A stretch of 63,955 nt of DNA, counting the filler, from Octopus bimaculoides (lineage: Eukaryota): assembly GCF_001194135.2 (NCBI RefSeq). It is 5 parts of 2 records of this genome, joined end to end, with 100 filler letters (N's around TTAATTAATTAA, not from the genome) between each part and the next. Parts side by side here need not be neighbours in the genome. Positions count along the whole stretch, not along the records: positions 41,046 to 60,960 come from NC_068991.1; positions 61,061 to 62,731 come from NC_069005.1; positions 62,832 to 63,955 come from NC_069005.1; 2 more parts are not named here. One strand, written 5' to 3'. The notes below the pieces were generated by a model. That model was not told the origin of the DNA, did not search any database, and saw only the letters and a program-made list of their open reading frames with translations. The position numbers and the translations under genes are program-made. Each line of letters starts with the position of its first letter. Positions within the stretch are counted from its first letter, which is position 1. This document shows, one piece after another, positions 60,201 through 63,955 of the stretch.

Positions 60201-60373
60201 TCACATACAAAAGTAGTTGGGCCGGTCTTGTATCCTCATCTGACCAAATCAACTTTCGGTCTACGTAAAATCGTTCATTCATGATCTCTGTGAAGTAAAA
60301 CTTGGTATAACCTGCGAATTTTACAAAATACTTCGAAGTCAAATCTAAAAGTGAAGACATAGTACATACTGAA

Positions 60374-60560
60374 TCTGTATATATATCATACAGAAGATGT
60401 CTGTCTGTCTGTCTGTCTGTCTACATTTTACAACCGATTTGCACCAACTTTCATATATAAGTTTCTGAAGTCCTATTACACGTCATATGCTATTTTATTT
60501 TTCCGTACGTCGATTGTGGTGGCCCTTCAGGGACAGATAAACCCCTTAAGTCTTTCTATT
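60374..60560 (+). mobile_element. Probable 5' end of a non-autonomous Helitron/Helentron-like element
   Basis: A|TCTGTATATATATCATACAGAAGAT followed by (GTCT)n and CAACCGATTTGCACCAACTTT. A TC start with an internal (GTCY)n is typical of DINE/HINE-like elements. Confidence 0.5.
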
Positions 60561-60589
60561 GGAGTCAGCAGTACTACTGCATTAAGGCA

Positions 60590-60920
60590 CCATAATTCCT
60601 GCAGTTTGCTACGCATCTTCACCAAAATTAATCTTTTGTTTGTCCTACGAATAAAGTTGCAGGCATGCACTTCCGCAGAAATTCAGGCAAGGGACCCCCG
60701 GGGTGGGGTAGGAAACCAATTTTAAGCCCTTGTACATTCGTCCCTAACAATTAGTAGGCAGCGCTTTAACACCAATGTTTTCCCGGAAGACTTGCTGATG
60801 TTGCACATGGGTGTCTCAGTTGATCCCACGTTGAGAGGAAGGCTGAGGGCAGAATAGATCGTCATGCGACCAGGCAGCAAAGTTGCTGCAATACTGAAAG
60901 AAGCCACAGCCAATGCGATG
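60590..60920 (-). pseudogene. Helitron PIF1 helicase fragment (motifs Ia-II)
   Basis: AVASFSIAATLLPGRMTIYSALSLPLNV...CNISK...LIVRDECT, and downstream EVHAC...MRSKLQ. Confidence 0.88.
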
Positions 60921-61060
60921 TTTGCGTATATATATGCATATATATATATATATATATATANNNNNNNNNNNNNNNNNNNNNNNNNNNNNNNNNNNNNNNN
61001 NNNNTTAATTAATTAANNNNNNNNNNNNNNNNNNNNNNNNNNNNNNNNNNNNNNNNNNNN

Positions 61061-61097
<37 letters not shown>

Positions 61098-61269
61098 ATA
61101 TAGATACATTGTTTATGCTCGTAAGTAAGACCAAGGTGAGCTACAATGACCTGACCAGTTGAGTGTTGGCCGAAAAGTTTGTACAAAGGTGGTCAGTGGG
61201 AAAAATAAACGAAATTGTTTGACAGATGCGTAGAATCGTTTATTAACGCAATGATTCATCGTGAGTTCG

Positions 61270-61377
61270 AAAAAATAAGTATCGGATCGATTCATTCGAC
61301 TAAAAATCTTCAAAGCCATGCTCCAGATCGGCCGCAGTCTAATGACTGAAACTAGTAAAAGAATAAAGGATAAAAGA
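61270..61377 (+). mobile_element. SINE family C, 3' end
   Basis: AATAAGTATCGGATCGATTCATTCGACTAAAA...CTCCAGATCGGCCGCAGTCTAATGACTGAAACTAGTAAAAGAATAAAGGATAAAAGA. Confidence 0.78.
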
Positions 61378-61634
61378 CTAATATCGATGCATAGACGATG
61401 ATGGCTGTCCATTGGTGACCGAGGAAGACCATCGCATATTTTTTTAACTGCGTAACGTTATAGGCTGTAGAATAAATACTGGCTAACGCAATAAAAAGGT
61501 TGTGCGATGTTGATGCAGTGATGAAGAATACAAGGACTGTTAAGAAAAACATTATCTTGAAACTGGTTTGAAGGAGTGGAATAAGATTTCTGGAATTATA
61601 TTGAAAGAGCCGCTGAGGCTCTTCTTTGTCATTT

Positions 61635-61975
61635 ATCTTTTATCTTTTACTTGTTTCAGCCATTAGGCTGTGACCATGCTGGGGCACTGCCTTGAAGAAT
61701 TTTAGTCGAATGAATCGACCTAGGTACTCTTTGTTAAGGCTTGGCATTTATTCTATCGGTCGCTTTTGGCGAACCGCTTGGTTAAGAGACGTAAACACAT
61801 AAACAGCGGTTGGGGAACAAACATAGATACAAAACATACACACACACACACACACACACATGTATATATATATATATAAACGACGGGCTTCTTTCAGTTT
61901 CCGCCTACCAAATTTACTCACAAGGCTTTGGTTAGCCCGAAGTTATAGTAGAAAACACTTGCTCAAGGAGTCACA
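61635..61975 (-). mobile_element. SINE family C, head truncated, with internal microsatellite
   Basis: TCTTTTACTTGTTTCAGCCATTAGGCTGTGACCATGCTGGGGCAC...(CA)n(TA)n ACGACGGGCTTCTTTCAGTTTCCG...CACTTGCTCAAGG. Confidence 0.82.
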
Positions 61976-62831
61976 TATGTAAGTATGTGTATGTATCTAT
62001 GTATGTATGTATCTATGTATGTATGTATGCTATCTATGCTTCTGTCTATCCATATCTACACACACACACGCATACATATATTTGTGTGTGTAACTGTGTG
62101 TACGTGCATAGGCGTGTGTGCGTGTATACATATATTTTCATGTATTTTGTTACACCACGTTAAAAAACAGAACGCAAAAAGTTGCTATGAAGGTTAACTT
62201 GTTACGTTTAGACATTAAGGCGAGGACTAGGATTTTGGTAAATGGAGCTAAGAAACTAGGATAAGCTTCTCGCAAAACTTTTCTTGCCCCATATATGTGT
62301 TAGTGGGTTAGTGTTAGAGGTTAGGGTTAGTATATAGTAATAGACAGAAAGGTAGGGAGGATCTTTAATAAACAAGTATGCAGTGATAGGGGTCGCGCGA
62401 GTCACCGGTGCTTCTATCGTTGCGTGTTTGTTTGTTTAGTAATGGGCGGCGAGGTTTTGGTATCGTTTTACTGTTTCGATGGTGCGCACTTGCTCGAATA
62501 TAGTTACGTAGAAGCACACCGATTGTTGAACTGCGAGCGTGTGTGTGTGTATGTGTGTGTATGTGTGTGTGTGTGTGTGTGTGTGTAAACATATGCACAT
62601 GTATGTATATATATATATATATATACATATGTATACACATGTATATGTATATAAATTTATGTATGTATGTTTATATATATATCTATAGAAATACTAATAT
62701 CTAATATATATATATATATACATATATATATNNNNNNNNNNNNNNNNNNNNNNNNNNNNNNNNNNNNNNNNNNNNTTAATTAATTAANNNNNNNNNNNNN
62801 NNNNNNNNNNNNNNNNNNNNNNNNNNNNNNN

Positions 62832-62992
62832 CTGGCTTCATTCAGTTTCCGTGTACGAAATCTATTCACAAGTCTCTAGTCGACCCGCAGCCGTAGAAGA
62901 AGAAACTTGGCCAAGGTGACACAAAGTGAAACTGAACCCAAAACCATGTGTTTAGGAAACAAACTTCCTATTACACAGCCACGCCTGCGACT
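62832..62992 (-). mobile_element. SINE family C, 5' half, diverged
   Basis: GGCTTCATTCAGTTTCCGTG...CTTGGCCAAGGTG...CTGAACCCAAAACCATGTG...CACAGCCACGCCTGCG. Confidence 0.75.
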
Positions 62993-63679
62993 ATTTACAC
63001 ACACACATACACTCACTCACTCACACACAAAAAAACATGCGTGCACTAACCTATGCGCATTGCTGTATTGCTCCACTTGTTTGGCAAATGATTTCACTTG
63101 GGGCCGCCATTGTTTGTTCTAGAACAATTACATCAATACGTCTCTAACAGTCACACTAAAACAACTCCACTGATTTCATGCAACAGTCTCCTTTAAAATA
63201 CCAAAACTATATATATATATATATATACATCCGTTGCACTTTTTCCTACCGGGTCATTGACACAATTCCAACGATTCTTTTTAAAAAACTCGGTTACTGG
63301 GCAGTTATTTAATTTTTTTTTATAATACTCGGCTGTATTTTTCTTCCGTCTATTTTCCTTCATTTTATATTTGCAATTGTATTTGTCTTTCTTTTTTTGG
63401 TGGGGAACTGCATTCCTTTTCCAGCAGGGGAGTGGTTAATAAAATAATCAAACTGCAAGAATAGAAAACCTATTACGTGATGAGTCCCTGCATAATAACA
63501 TTGGGAACAACGACCCAGATTCATGTTACAACAATGGGAACATCGAAAAACACTCATTATTTGTTTTCTTTCCTCTCTTTCACTCTCTCTCTCTCTGCAT
63601 TTATGTATTCATTTATCTACTTCCCATTGTCTGTTGCTTTCTCTCTCTCTCTCATTCACTCACTGTCTGTCTTTCTGAC

Positions 63680-63680
63680 C

Positions 63681-63733
<53 letters not shown>

Positions 63734-63882
63734 ACTGTCTGTCTGTCTTTCTGCCTATCTATCTATCTGCTTGTCTCTCCGTCCGTCTGACCGTCTGACC
63801 GTCTGGCCGTCTGGCCGTCTGGCCGTCTGTCTGTTTGTCCCTCTGTTTATCTATCTACCTACCTACATACCTACCTACCTAC

Positions 63883-63931
<49 letters not shown>

Positions 63932-63955
63932 CATCCATCCATCCATCTCTGTCTA
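63680..63955. repeat. (TATC)n/(TGTC)n/(TACC)n compound microsatellite with an 8-bp CCGTCTG(A/G) array
   Basis: Read directly. Confidence 0.95.

Overview
Eukaryotic, AT-rich, extremely microsatellite-rich DNA with about 26 N-gaps (roughly 10 kb by my rough tally). The repeat families match what I recall of octopod cephalopod (Octopus-like) genomes; that assignment is from memory, not a search. I cannot support any intact host protein-coding gene, tRNA or rRNA. Almost all ORF-track entries are artefacts of simple repeats or N runs. The window looks like intronic or intergenic DNA made of mobile-element debris: (1) at least four tRNA-headed SINE families (about 30 copies or fragments); (2) six fragments of R4/Dong-type non-LTR retrotransposons, several in (TAA)n tracts; (3) a full-length, frameshift-free Tc1-like element with DD36E spacing, three DD37D (maT) elements and a mariner-derived MITE; (4) a Helitron with both termini plus other Helitron pieces; (5) hAT MITEs, one splitting a SINE, and a small telomere-repeat-containing MITE; (6) Penelope-like termini carrying minimal hammerhead-ribozyme-like motifs; (7) a degenerate ORF joining a Myb/SANT-like domain to three CCCH-type zinc fingers. 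The best leads are the Myb/SANT-CCCH ORF, the minimal hammerheads, the DD36E element and the SINE with a built-in internal microsatellite.
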